Shown here piece after piece: positions 18,976 to 28,286 of a stretch of 64,000 nt of DNA. Both the position numbers and the translations under genes were made by a program. The notes under the pieces were generated by a model. The model saw nothing but the letters and a program-made list of their open reading frames with translations. It was not told the origin of the DNA and made no database searches. Position 1 is the stretch's first letter; each line of letters begins with the position of its first letter. This stretch comes from an uncultured Bacilli bacterium (lineage in GTDB: Bacteria; Bacillota_I; Bacilli_A; RF39; UBA660): positions 68,329 to 132,328 of the forward strand of contig CAKOOH010000001.1 of assembly GCA_934098485.1 (NCBI GenBank). Reading direction: 5' to 3'.

Positions 18976-20079
18976 AAATATCTAAAAATAAAAGATATTA
19001 TTGTAAATACTTCTCCAGAAAAAGTCCCAGTTGGAACTACTCCCTACATTGAAATAGGTGATATTGATATATTTAATAAAACATATCAACATAAAGACAA
19101 AAAATCTGTTAGCGGAGCTAAATACGCATTAAAAGACTCAATTATAGTATCAACTGTAAGGCCTACTAGAGGAGCAATTTCTATAATAAAAGAAGAAAAA
19201 ATAACTGTATCTAACGCATTTGCTATTATAAATGTAGATAAAGAACAATGTAATTTTAAATATTTATTTTATATGATAAATAGCAATAAATTTTATCAAT
19301 ATTTAGGATCTAATTCAAAGGGAGCAACTTATCCTACTTGTTCGAGAGAAGATGTTTATAATTATGAAATTGCATTACCTTCCTTAGACGAACAAAACAA
19401 AATAGTTAAAATATTCGACAACATATCTAATAGTATTATTGTTAAGAAACAACAGGTATTTAAACTAGAACAATTAATTAAATCACAATTTATCAAAATG
19501 TTTGAAAAAAATAACGATTATAAAACATTTAAATTAGAAGAGATTGGATATATGCAAACTGGTGGAACTCCATCTAGAAAAAATAATGAATATTTCAAAG
19601 GAAATATAAATTGGTTTACTGCTGGAGAATTGAATAGCCTGTTTATTAATGATTCTATTGAAAAAATAACTGTCGATGCATTAGAACATAGTTCTGCAAA
19701 ATTGTTTAAAGAAAACAGCTTATTGATAGGAATGTATGATACAGCGGCTATGAAAATGGGTATTCTAAAACATGAAGCAGCTTCGAATCAAGTATGTACA
19801 AATTTTTATCCCAAAGATAATAATGTAAATATAATTTGGTTATATTATTATCTCAACCATCACAAAGAAGATTTGCTAAACGAAAGAAAAGGAATCCGTC
19901 AAAAAAATATAAGTCTGGCTATATTAAAGAATTATTCAGTTAAGTTATATTCAATTATGATTCAAAATAAGTTTGCTAACATAGTAAAACGAATCGATAA
20001 ACAGAAATATGAATTTGAAAAACAATTAGAAAAATTAAAAGAATTACAAGAATCATTGATGAAAGAGTATTTCGGATAA
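18973..20079 (+). CDS. hsdS: type I restriction-modification specificity subunit HsdS (two TRDs)
   Basis: 368 aa with two target-recognition halves separated and followed by conserved coiled-coil repeats (LPSLDEQNKIVKIFD.. and ..LKELQESLMKEYF). Confidence 0.8.
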   Translation: MKYLKIKDIIVNTSPEKVPVGTTPYIEIGDIDIFNKTYQHKDKKSVSGAKYALKDSIIVSTVRPTRGAISIIKEEKITVSNAFAIINVDKEQCNFKYLFYMINSNKFYQYLGSNSKGATYPTCSREDVYNYEIALPSLDEQNKIVKIFDNISNSIIVKKQQVFKLEQLIKSQFIKMFEKNNDYKTFKLEEIGYMQTGGTPSRKNNEYFKGNINWFTAGELNSLFINDSIEKITVDALEHSSAKLFKENSLLIGMYDTAAMKMGILKHEAASNQVCTNFYPKDNNVNIIWLYYYLNHHKEDLLNERKGIRQKNISLAILKNYSVKLYSIMIQNKFANIVKRIDKQKYEFEKQLEKLKELQESLMKEYFG

Positions 20080-20086
20080 TGCTTTA

Positions 20087-20110
20087 AACGACTAAATAAG
20101 TCGTTTTTTT
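20087..20110 (+). terminator. rho-independent terminator after hsdS
   Basis: AACGACT-aaata-AGTCGTT hairpin followed by a T7 run. Confidence 0.6.
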
Positions 20111-20146
20111 ATGATATAATAAATGAGTTATGAGTGGTGATGAATT

Positions 20147-22876
20147 ATGGGTAGAATAAAACCAGAAGTTGAAATTAAATATATTTGTAGTGTGATTGAT
20201 AAAAACATTGTTGCACATTCTAAATTGAAAGATAGGGGATTATTATCAGAAAATATTCTTTCACAATTGAGAAATTTAACCGAAGATATAGCTATATTGA
20301 TTAATAATAAAGAGAATTCTTTAAATTTGGATTGCCATTACGATAATGTTGACACTTCAATGGATTTTGTTGCTGGAAAGAGTAAGTATAAATACATAAA
20401 GAAATTTCATGATTTTCTTCAATCTACTGTTTCTCATTATACTCCTGGAGAAAATGATGCAGAAAGATTAATGTTATATTATTTTAGATATTTGTGCATG
20501 TTTAAACAAACTTTATTAGATGAGTGTTCATTAAATATCCTTGATAAATTAGAGGATTTTCCGATATATGAAGATGAATTGACCAAAAATCATTATAAAG
20601 AGATATGCAAAAAAATAGAAGAAGTAGAAGATTTAACTAACAAAAGTTTAAAAAGAGGTAAGTTTTATGTTAATAAATGCAGGCCAATATATGCTTTTGG
20701 GAAACTATATTATGAGTTGACTTTAACAAAAGCGACAGATTATGTTAATAAATTTGAACGAATTTTAATGTATTCGAAACACTATATTCCAGATAATTAT
20801 TCTATAAAATTATCATATATAGAAAAAGAATTAAAAATTTTTTCATATGATTCTAAGATTAAAGTTATTGATAATTATATTATTTCAATTAGACCATGCG
20901 AAATAAGAAACATAGGAAGATTATTAGGAATTGATAAAAATGTTGATGATAATTATAATGAATATATTAGCTTAATGAAAATACTAAAGGAAGAAGAAAT
21001 AAATCTACTAGAATTATTAATGTCAGACAATATTAAATACAATAATTATTTAGCAATTATTAAGGAAAAAGCTCAAAACAATAATATATCTGAATTATTA
21101 GATAGATTACATGATAGATTAAGCCAAGAACTACCTGGTAATAATATTTTAAGGTATTGTTTAGTTAAAATGGAAAATTCTGTAATTAAGGATCAATTCC
21201 AACGTGTTCAAAATGAACATATTGGCAATCTTTATATTAAAAACCAAAGCATTCCATTCGATTCAATGCCATATGCTATGTCTCCATATAAGCATAATGT
21301 AAGTTGGTTTCATTTGGTTAGTGCAATTGATAATGATGGTCGAGAATATGAGCTACTTGGAAAAAGTATAAAATACAATTCAGAAATGAATAATAAATTA
21401 TATACAGATTTAGATGAAGTAGAAAAGTTTGGTAATGTAGATTCTCTTATAAAAAAATACAACGACGCACTTATATTGTATGGTATTGATTCTTCTGATA
21501 AAAGTAAGATAATTAAAGAAAATAATCTTTTGTTCATAAATTCATATGAAAAAAATTCTATTGAAATAATTAAAAAACTAAAAGCTTATATGTATAAACC
21601 ATCAGAAGAAATAATAGATACTTTTTCGAATAATATTTTAAATTATCCATTAGTAGACTTAACAGATGATAAAATAGAAATAACTAAAAAAATGTTTAAA
21701 AATAATTCTATTGTATTTATACATGGCCCTGCTGGAACTGGAAAAACTAAGATGTTAGAAGTAGTAGCAACAGCTTTTATAAATTATAAAAAAATATATT
21801 TATCTAATACAAATACATCAGTTGAAAATCTTAGAAGAAGAATTCTAAAATATGATGAAGAAAATTCCAATTTTGAAACAACATCACATTACATTAAATA
21901 TAATAATAATGATTATGATATTTTAATAATTGATGAAGGAAGTACTATCAGTAATGAAGAAATGCTTAAGGTATTAAATAAACAACAATATAAGCTGATA
22001 GTATTATCTGGAGATGTCTTTCAAATTGAATCTATAAAATATGGAAATTGGTTTTCTTTATCATATAATATATTTAAAAATGATTTCGTTTTTGAATTAA
22101 TTAAAACAAACAGAACTGATGATAAAGAATTATTAGAACTATGGAAACTAATAAGAGATAATAATGATCAGGCATATAATAAAATATGTAATCAGGAATA
22201 TTCATCTCTGCCAAATGAGAGTATTTTTAATAAAATAAGTGATGATGAAATAATATTATGTTTAAACTATGATGGATTATTTGGAATAAACAATATAAAT
22301 AAACTTCTACAAGAGAAAAACTCTAATAAAGAATATAATATTGGTATTGACTCATATAAGATTGATGATCCAATTGTATTTAATGATTGTCCTAGATTCA
22401 ATAATCTATATAATAATTTAAAGGGAAAAATTAAAAGTATAGAATTAGATGATGAAAATGATAGAGTATGGTTTACAATTTTAGTAGATGATTTTTTGCT
22501 TGATGAACCATTTAAATACGAAATACTTGATTATGTTGGATATAAGACTTTAATAAAGTTTTATGTTAATAATTTTAAGGATACTAATGATGATGAAAAT
22601 GGTTATGATCATATTATTCCATTTAATCTTGCATATGCAATTTCCATTCATAAAGCACAAGGTTTAGAATATGATTCTGTTAAAATAATAATCACTTCTA
22701 ACGTCGAAGATGATATTACAAAGAATATTTTTTATACAGCAATTACTAGAACAAAAAAATATTTAAAAATATTTTGGAGTTCTGAAAGTCAAGTAAAAAT
22801 ATTTGATCAAATGAAAAAGAGAAACAATTCGAGAGACATTTCAATTCTAAAACAAAAAATGAATATTAATTTATAA
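20147..22876 (+). CDS. 909-aa protein with a C-terminal SF1 RecD/Pif1-like helicase domain (AAA_30/UvrD_C_2-like) and a roughly 500-aa uncharacterised N-terminal region
   Basis: Motif I IFIHGPAGTGKTKM. Motif II LIIDEGSTIS. Motif III SGDVFQ. C-terminal SIHKAQGLEYDSVKII...FYTAITRTKKYLKIF. The N-terminal half has no recognisable motif. The gene has its own RBS and an upstream terminator. Confidence 0.55.
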   Translation: MGRIKPEVEIKYICSVIDKNIVAHSKLKDRGLLSENILSQLRNLTEDIAILINNKENSLNLDCHYDNVDTSMDFVAGKSKYKYIKKFHDFLQSTVSHYTPGENDAERLMLYYFRYLCMFKQTLLDECSLNILDKLEDFPIYEDELTKNHYKEICKKIEEVEDLTNKSLKRGKFYVNKCRPIYAFGKLYYELTLTKATDYVNKFERILMYSKHYIPDNYSIKLSYIEKELKIFSYDSKIKVIDNYIISIRPCEIRNIGRLLGIDKNVDDNYNEYISLMKILKEEEINLLELLMSDNIKYNNYLAIIKEKAQNNNISELLDRLHDRLSQELPGNNILRYCLVKMENSVIKDQFQRVQNEHIGNLYIKNQSIPFDSMPYAMSPYKHNVSWFHLVSAIDNDGREYELLGKSIKYNSEMNNKLYTDLDEVEKFGNVDSLIKKYNDALILYGIDSSDKSKIIKENNLLFINSYEKNSIEIIKKLKAYMYKPSEEIIDTFSNNILNYPLVDLTDDKIEITKKMFKNNSIVFIHGPAGTGKTKMLEVVATAFINYKKIYLSNTNTSVENLRRRILKYDEENSNFETTSHYIKYNNNDYDILIIDEGSTISNEEMLKVLNKQQYKLIVLSGDVFQIESIKYGNWFSLSYNIFKNDFVFELIKTNRTDDKELLELWKLIRDNNDQAYNKICNQEYSSLPNESIFNKISDDEIILCLNYDGLFGINNINKLLQEKNSNKEYNIGIDSYKIDDPIVFNDCPRFNNLYNNLKGKIKSIELDDENDRVWFTILVDDFLLDEPFKYEILDYVGYKTLIKFYVNNFKDTNDDENGYDHIIPFNLAYAISIHKAQGLEYDSVKIIITSNVEDDITKNIFYTAITRTKKYLKIFWSSESQVKIFDQMKKRNNSRDISILKQKMNINL

Positions 22877-22878
22877 TT

Positions 22879-22911
22879 TTAGGTACGTAATTAGGTACTA
22901 AAAGTACCTAA
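22879..22911 (+). repeat. TTAGGTAC tandem doublet plus inverted third copy, copy B
   Basis: TTAGGTAC at 22879-22886 and 22891-22898, then GTACCTAA at 22904-22911. This forms the 21-bp palindrome TTAGGTACtaaaaGTACCTAA. Confidence 0.7.
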
Positions 22912-22955
22912 ATGTATGTAAATTCGGATAAATCAAAATAAACTTATATGTTATT

Positions 22956-22978
22956 AAACCCTTATAAATAAAGGGTTT
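22956..22978 (+). terminator. hairpin, putative terminator
   Basis: AAACCCTT-ataaata-AAGGGTTT stem-loop with a weak T-tract. Confidence 0.3.
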
Positions 22979-23017
22979 CTTTAATATTACAAATATTGAC
23001 GTTTTGGAACTAAGGCG

Positions 23018-23057
23018 CCCCCTGAAGAGAGCATTTAACCGTGTTCTCATTTTTTTA
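23018..23057 (+). terminator. CCCCCTGAAGAGAG-hairpin-T8 terminator element, copy 2 of 3
   Basis: CCCCCTGAAGAGAG at 23018-23031. Hairpin GAGAGCA-tttaaccg-TGTTCTC (one G-U pair) followed by ATTTTTTT. Confidence 0.5.
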
Positions 23058-23106
23058 TAAGAAATTAAGCATTTTATATAAGATCTTACTAATTTTTAAT
23101 AAGTTT

Positions 23107-23140
23107 TTAGGTAAGAATTAGGTAATAAAAATTTACCTAA
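23107..23140 (+). repeat. TTAGGTAA tandem doublet plus inverted copy, copy B'
   Basis: TTAGGTAA at 23107-23114 and 23118-23125. TTACCTAA at 23133-23140 gives the palindrome AGGTAAtaaaaatTTACCT. The 20-mer TTTAGGTAAGAATTAGGTAA is identical to copy D. Confidence 0.7.
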
Positions 23141-23295
23141 AATGATAGATTATACTAATAATATGTAGTAAAGTGTTGTATTTTAAGGGATTGAAAAAGT
23201 GTATACTTTCTTCTGACAGTTTCGGTTGTAAGTAAATATGCATTTATAAATGGGATTATGGTATACTATAAATAACTAATGGAAGAGTTGATACT

Positions 23296-23856
23296 ATGAT
23301 AGAATTCCCTATACTTGAAAAAAATGAAATTGTTTTAAGAAGATTAGAAACAAGCGATTATAAAAGTTACCTTGACTATGTAACTGATGAAAAAATCTCC
23401 AGTCAATTTAATTTTAATTATAATGAGGAAAGTGCAAAGTTGCGATTAGAAGAATTAGTTGAAAAATATTCACAAGAAAATAAGCCATTTGTTTGGGTAA
23501 TAGCATTGAAAGATACAGATGAATTTGTTGGAATGATAACAATTGATTCGATTTCTTTTAGTAATAAGAGATTCAGTTTAGCTTATGGAATTAGGGCCAC
23601 TTATCGTGGTAATAATTATGCTTATATTGCCAGTGTTGCCTTAATAAATTATATTTTTAATAATTTTGATATGCATAGGTTAGAGTTAGCACATAATACA
23701 GATAACTTTGCATCACAAAAAATTATTGAAAAATTAGGTGCAAAATTTGAAGGAATAGCAAGAGAATCTAAATTCTATAACAACGGGTTTAAGGATCGCA
23801 AAATATATAGTATTTTAAAACAAGAGTGGTTAGAAGGCAAGAATAATGAATTATGA
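23296..23856 (+). CDS. GNAT-family N-acetyltransferase (RimJ/RimL-like)
   Basis: N-terminal IVLRRLETSDYKSYLDYVTDEKI and the acetyl-CoA binding region ..HRLELAHNTDNFASQKIIEKLGAKFEGIARES.. Confidence 0.65.
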   Translation: MIEFPILEKNEIVLRRLETSDYKSYLDYVTDEKISSQFNFNYNEESAKLRLEELVEKYSQENKPFVWVIALKDTDEFVGMITIDSISFSNKRFSLAYGIRATYRGNNYAYIASVALINYIFNNFDMHRLELAHNTDNFASQKIIEKLGAKFEGIARESKFYNNGFKDRKIYSILKQEWLEGKNNEL

Positions 23857-24451
23857 AATTTTAGTAAATAAGGAAAATCCAATTAGTGATGAATTAAAAG
23901 TAGAAGAATTAGTATCAGTTGGGAAACATTATAGCTTAGCAAATTTAGTATATACCGATCAAGATGTTCTTCTTGAAAAAACTGCAGCAATATTTTTAAA
24001 ACAGTTATTAGAGGATGCAAATAAGATTGATGAACATGTTGTTGTAGTACCAAACTCAGGTCATCGTAGTTTAGAATATCAAGAAAGAGTTATGGATTAT
24101 TATATTAAATTAGAAGGTTTGGAAAAAGCCAAAAGGCGAGTTGCTGCGCCAGGCACATCTGAACACCATACAGGTCTAGCAATTGATTTAATACTTTTTT
24201 ATAATGGTCAACTTTTAAAAGATTTAAATCAAGCATTAAAAACAATTATTTTTATTTATAATAATGCTCACAAATATGGATTTATTTTAAGATATCCAAA
24301 AGATAAAGAATGCATTACTGGCTATCCTTATGAACCATGGCATTTTAGATATGTTGGTATAAAGTTAGCTACATACTTATACGAGAATAGTATGACCTTA
24401 GAAGAATATTATTTAAATAAAAGACTTAACAATAATTTAGGTAAGAATTAG
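23846..24451 (+). CDS. VanY-type D-Ala-D-Ala carboxypeptidase (M15 family)
   Basis: ..SGHRSLEYQERVMDYY..AAPGTSEHHTGLAIDL..YGFILRYPKDKECITGYPYEPWHFRYVG shows the canonical VanY/M15B motifs SxHxxGxAxD and EPWH. Confidence 0.7.
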   Translation: MNYEILVNKENPISDELKVEELVSVGKHYSLANLVYTDQDVLLEKTAAIFLKQLLEDANKIDEHVVVVPNSGHRSLEYQERVMDYYIKLEGLEKAKRRVAAPGTSEHHTGLAIDLILFYNGQLLKDLNQALKTIIFIYNNAHKYGFILRYPKDKECITGYPYEPWHFRYVGIKLATYLYENSMTLEEYYLNKRLNNNLGKN

Positions 24452-24455
24452 GTAA
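24437..24455 (+). repeat. TTAGGTAA tandem doublet, copy D
   Basis: TTAGGTAA at 24437-24444 and 24448-24455. The 20-mer is identical to copy B'. It overlaps the stop codon of the VanY gene. Confidence 0.65.
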
Positions 24456-24643
24456 GAAAAAAGTAAAATGGGCTAACAAGATATAGCAAAACAACTTTTA
24501 ACACTTTTTAGCACATTTTAACACCAAATGAACGAAAATGAATCGATAATCCACAACCCCCTGCCACATCCAACGAAAAATCAGAATTGATTAAAGCCAA
24601 TGTTTATAAGGGTTTGTGAGCATATAGAAGATTGAAAATAATT

Positions 24644-24665
24644 CTTGGGAACAACTTGGGAACAG
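24644..24665 (+). repeat. CTTGGGAACA(A/G) perfect tandem doublet (period 11)
   Basis: CTTGGGAACAA followed by CTTGGGAACAG, about 120 bp upstream of the 24785 operon. A related GGGAACAA doublet lies at 34073-34092. Confidence 0.6.
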
Positions 24666-24784
24666 GTTTTACTAAAATCGCATGATTATTGCAGACATTT
24701 AAGTAGAAAAGTAGTATAATGGAATCATAAAGTTCTATACAATTAAAGTATAGAATTTTTTCTTTTTATAAGGAGGGTATTTAT

Positions 24785-25432
24785 ATGAATGAATTAGTAC
24801 CAGAGTTTAATGATTCCTTATTAATTGATTCTTCAGATATAATCGGTGATTATTTAGAATTGGGAATTGATAGTATTTTAGATAATGAAAGTTTGAAAGA
24901 AATACCCATTATTAAGACATTTATAGGTGTAGGAAAAATTACAAAGAGTATTAGAGAAAGAAACTTAATGAAGAATCTTGCAATTTTTATAAATGAACTT
25001 AATAGTGGAAAAATAGATAAAGAAAAACTTAGTAAGCATAAGGAAGAGTTAAGACAAAATCCTAGAAAAGCAGAAAAGGAATTAGGAAGAATTTTAATAA
25101 TTTTAGAACAAACGATAGATAACATTAAATCATCAATATTAGGAAAACTCTATAAAGCATATATTAACCAAGAAATTGATTGGGATGGGTTTGCTGAATT
25201 TAGTGAAATAACTAATAGACTTTTTATGTTTGATATAAACATTCTTAACGTCATGTGGTCTAAAGAGTATAATGCTTATATCGAACAAAAAGATGATAAT
25301 TTTAGAATAGAAAGAATGTATTCATTAGGAATAATTGGTAATATATTTCCATCTATCAATGAAACTAAACATTTACATGGAAGAGTATTGAATGGATTAG
25401 GTAAAAAATATTGCGATATAATTTTTAGATAG
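24785..25432 (+). CDS. hypothetical protein (215 aa), first gene of a two-gene operon of unknown function
   Basis: Strong RBS AAGGAGGG. No recognisable motif and no TM segment. Confidence 0.5.
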   Translation: MNELVPEFNDSLLIDSSDIIGDYLELGIDSILDNESLKEIPIIKTFIGVGKITKSIRERNLMKNLAIFINELNSGKIDKEKLSKHKEELRQNPRKAEKELGRILIILEQTIDNIKSSILGKLYKAYINQEIDWDGFAEFSEITNRLFMFDINILNVMWSKEYNAYIEQKDDNFRIERMYSLGIIGNIFPSINETKHLHGRVLNGLGKKYCDIIFR

Positions 25433-25443
25433 GAGGTTAAATA

Positions 25444-26907
25444 TTGAAAGGATTAAAATTTTCTGAGTTATTTGAAGTTGAAAAAGAAATATTGGAAGAG
25501 GAGGGCTTTGTAGATCTTTCCCTTTTATGCGACTTGCCACTGTTTATAGATCCATTTTTAATATTTGGTAGTCAAAAAGAAGAATATCAATTATTAAATG
25601 ACGAAATAAATAAGTATTTATTATTTCTAAAAAATAAAGCTATTAATTATGATTTGACAAAAGGCTTATTAAAAAGTTGGTTTACTTTTTCTGAAGTCTC
25701 AAATAACTGGCTCGGGTACTGTAAATTTGGAAATAAGGGTTCTGGATTAGGAACAAAATTTGCAAAAAACTTATACTTTAATCTAAAAAACAAATTAAAT
25801 AATTTTGGTAGTAGTGATATTTTAAAAGTAGACCATATAGAAAAATTATGTCTAATAGATGACAATATAGGTTCCGATAATATTAGCGATTTTGTTGTAA
25901 ATATTATAAAAAAGTATTTCTTGGATAAAACACAAGCGTTTGCTCAAAAGTATTTAAAAAAAGAACATTGCAAATTGTTTAAAGTCGATAAAGTATACTT
26001 TGATTATGATTTAGAAAGATGGATGCCAAAGCAATACTATCTTCCATTTATCAATGATGAATATATTATATTAACACCTATAGATATGTTGACAAAAGAT
26101 TCTTCATGGTTAAACACAAATGATATGTTGGATAGATTTTATTTGATAGTAGAAAAAATACCAAATGAACAATTAAAATTTGAAATAAATAATTATTTAT
26201 CCTCACTATATAAAAAAGACATGACAAAAGAAGAAAAGAGAAAGGGACAATTAGATGTTATAAAAGAATTTCCTGTGTTGATAGATTACTATCTCTTAGA
26301 TCGTGAAGACACCATTGATGAAGCTTCTTCAAGAGGGATAGAAAAGAGCTTATTTATAGATGAAACAATACCAACAATTGTACAGGGAATAGCTAATGCA
26401 TTAAAAGAAACACAATTTTATGACTGCGATGATTCTTCATTTGAAGAGGCAAAAAAAAGAGCTTATTATTTGAAAAAATGTATTGAAGATAATGATGTTT
26501 ATAGGTTGTTCTATGATTCAAAAGGAAATGTTAGACTAACAAAAGAAGAAGATTTACAATTATTATTTAGATTAGTTTGTTTTGGTGTTATTTCTGATGT
26601 TAATAGAGAATGTAACAATGGACGAGGACCTGTAGATTATAAGTTTTCTAAATCTAACTTTGATAAGTCATTAATAGAATTTAAATTAGCTAATAATTCT
26701 AAACTAAAACAAAATTTAAAAAATCAAGTTCAAATTTACGAAAAAGCAAATGACACAAAAAAATCGATAAAAATTATTTTATATTTTACTGATAAAGAAA
26801 AAGAACGTGTAGATAAGATTTTGAAAGAATTAAAACTAACGAATGATGAATCTATTATCTTAATTGATGCAATTAATAATAAAAAGTCTGCTTCAAATGT
26901 TAAATAA
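25444..26907 (+). CDS. hypothetical 487-aa protein with a C-terminal RecB/Cas4-like PD-(D/E)xK nuclease motif
   Basis: TTG start 7 nt after RBS AGGAGG, 11 nt after the upstream stop. C-terminal ..GRGPVDYKFS...SLIEFKLANN..KNQVQIY gives the D...EFK...QxxxY pattern of RecB-family nucleases. The N-terminal roughly 350 aa are unassigned. Confidence 0.45.
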   Translation: MKGLKFSELFEVEKEILEEEGFVDLSLLCDLPLFIDPFLIFGSQKEEYQLLNDEINKYLLFLKNKAINYDLTKGLLKSWFTFSEVSNNWLGYCKFGNKGSGLGTKFAKNLYFNLKNKLNNFGSSDILKVDHIEKLCLIDDNIGSDNISDFVVNIIKKYFLDKTQAFAQKYLKKEHCKLFKVDKVYFDYDLERWMPKQYYLPFINDEYIILTPIDMLTKDSSWLNTNDMLDRFYLIVEKIPNEQLKFEINNYLSSLYKKDMTKEEKRKGQLDVIKEFPVLIDYYLLDREDTIDEASSRGIEKSLFIDETIPTIVQGIANALKETQFYDCDDSSFEEAKKRAYYLKKCIEDNDVYRLFYDSKGNVRLTKEEDLQLLFRLVCFGVISDVNRECNNGRGPVDYKFSKSNFDKSLIEFKLANNSKLKQNLKNQVQIYEKANDTKKSIKIILYFTDKEKERVDKILKELKLTNDESIILIDAINNKKSASNVK

Positions 26908-27011
26908 TTAAAATAACCGAGAAACTAATCTGAAGTTGTAAGATAAAAGTAGACAGAAAAAACTGTTTACTTTTTTTCTTTGATATAATTTGTATAAGGA
27001 GATGATAAAAT

Positions 27012-27362
27012 ATGGCAAGTAAAAGGCAAAAATTTAAACATTGGTCAAAAGAAGAAAAATTAAGGATAGTCAAAAAGATTGTTAATGAAGGTAAATCTAG
27101 TTATCAAGTAGCAAAAGAAGAAAATATTCAATCAACAGGAATGATTAGACATTGGGTAAAACTTTATATTGAGCAAGGAGAAAATGCATTAGTAAATAAA
27201 AAGAAACCAGGTAATCCTTTAAGTAAATATCAAAATAAAACGAACTTAACAAAAGAAGAACAATTAGAATACGAAAATATGAAATTAAGAATTGAGAATG
27301 AACTATTAAAAAAAGGATACCTAATGAAAGGAGATGGTACAATTGTAAAATTCATGAAGTAA
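27012..27362 (+). CDS. IS3-family transposase OrfA (HTH plus leucine zipper)
   Basis: MASKRQKFKHWSKEEKLRIVKKIVNEGKSSYQVAKEENIQ... is a typical IS3 OrfA. An A7 slippery run (A_AAA_AAA G) lies at 27308-27315, near its 3' end. Confidence 0.75.
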   Translation: MASKRQKFKHWSKEEKLRIVKKIVNEGKSSYQVAKEENIQSTGMIRHWVKLYIEQGENALVNKKKPGNPLSKYQNKTNLTKEEQLEYENMKLRIENELLKKGYLMKGDGTIVKFMK

Positions 27363-28249
27363 CTCAAATAAAATATGAAATAATCTAGAATTTAAGTAAG
27401 GAATATAATATTAAATCATTATGTTTGATAATGAAAGTATCTAGAAGTGGTTATTATAGATGGTTAAAAAATAAAAATATATTAAATCAACATGAAATTA
27501 ATCGTAAAGATTTAGGTGAATTAATTAAAGATATTCGCAAAAGAAAACCAAGTTACGGATATCATAAGATTAATGCAATAATAAGACGTGAAATTGGTTG
27601 AATTGTATCGGATAATTTAGTTCATAAGGTATGTAAAATATTAAATATTAAATCAAAAGCCAAACATTATAAATACAAGAAACTTGGAATGGAATCAATT
27701 AAATATTCAAATCAAATATGTGGTAATTGGAACACATCTAGACCATTTGAAAAAATAGTATCAGATACAACTACGTTTTGGTTTAAGAAAAAGAAATATG
27801 ATTGGACTTTCTATTTAGATATATTTAATAATGAAATAGTTGGTTATGATGTAAGGGATTCAATGCACGGCAATGGTATTATAAATCATAGAGAAGCACT
27901 GAATAATATGTTAAATAACAAAATAAAAAGAGGATATAAAGACCTAGAAACAATCGTTCACACTGATCAAGGTTCAGTATATTCCTCAGTGTCATTTAAC
28001 AATATATTCAATTCTTATAAAGTTACCAGATCTATGTCAAAAGCTGGCACACCAACAGATAATCCAGTTATCGAATCTAAAAATGGCTGGATTAAAAAAG
28101 AAATGTATATTGATTTTGACATAAATAATTATAACACAGTTCAAGAATTTATTGATGAATTTGTTTATGATAATAATTATTATAGACCTAGTTATGCATT
28201 AAATTATAAAACCCCCATCGAGTATAAAACTCAATTGGTGTTTAATTAG
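27314..28249 (+). pseudogene. IS3-family transposase OrfB (DDE/rve), interrupted by in-frame TAG and TGA stops
   Basis: The -1 frame contains ..SRSGYYRWLKNK..RKPSYGYHKINAII.. and the catalytic core HTDQGSVYSS..DNPVIESKNGWIKKE. In-frame stops lie at 27386-27388 (TAG) and 27599-27601 (TGA). Confidence 0.6.
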
Positions 28250-28286
28250 AACTTTTTGTGTCTACTTTTTGTTGACAACTTCAAAA

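Noticed and set aside
21310-21537. 75-aa minus-strand ORF inside the helicase gene
   Set aside because: Antisense chance ORF.
24850-25125. 91-aa minus-strand ORF inside the 24785 gene
   Set aside because: Antisense, Leu/Ser/Phe-rich, typical of the reverse strand of AT-rich coding DNA.
25647-25865. 72-aa minus-strand ORF inside the 25444 gene
   Set aside because: Antisense chance ORF.
27145-27342. 65-aa minus-strand ORF inside IS3 orfA
   Set aside because: Antisense to the conserved transposase OrfA.
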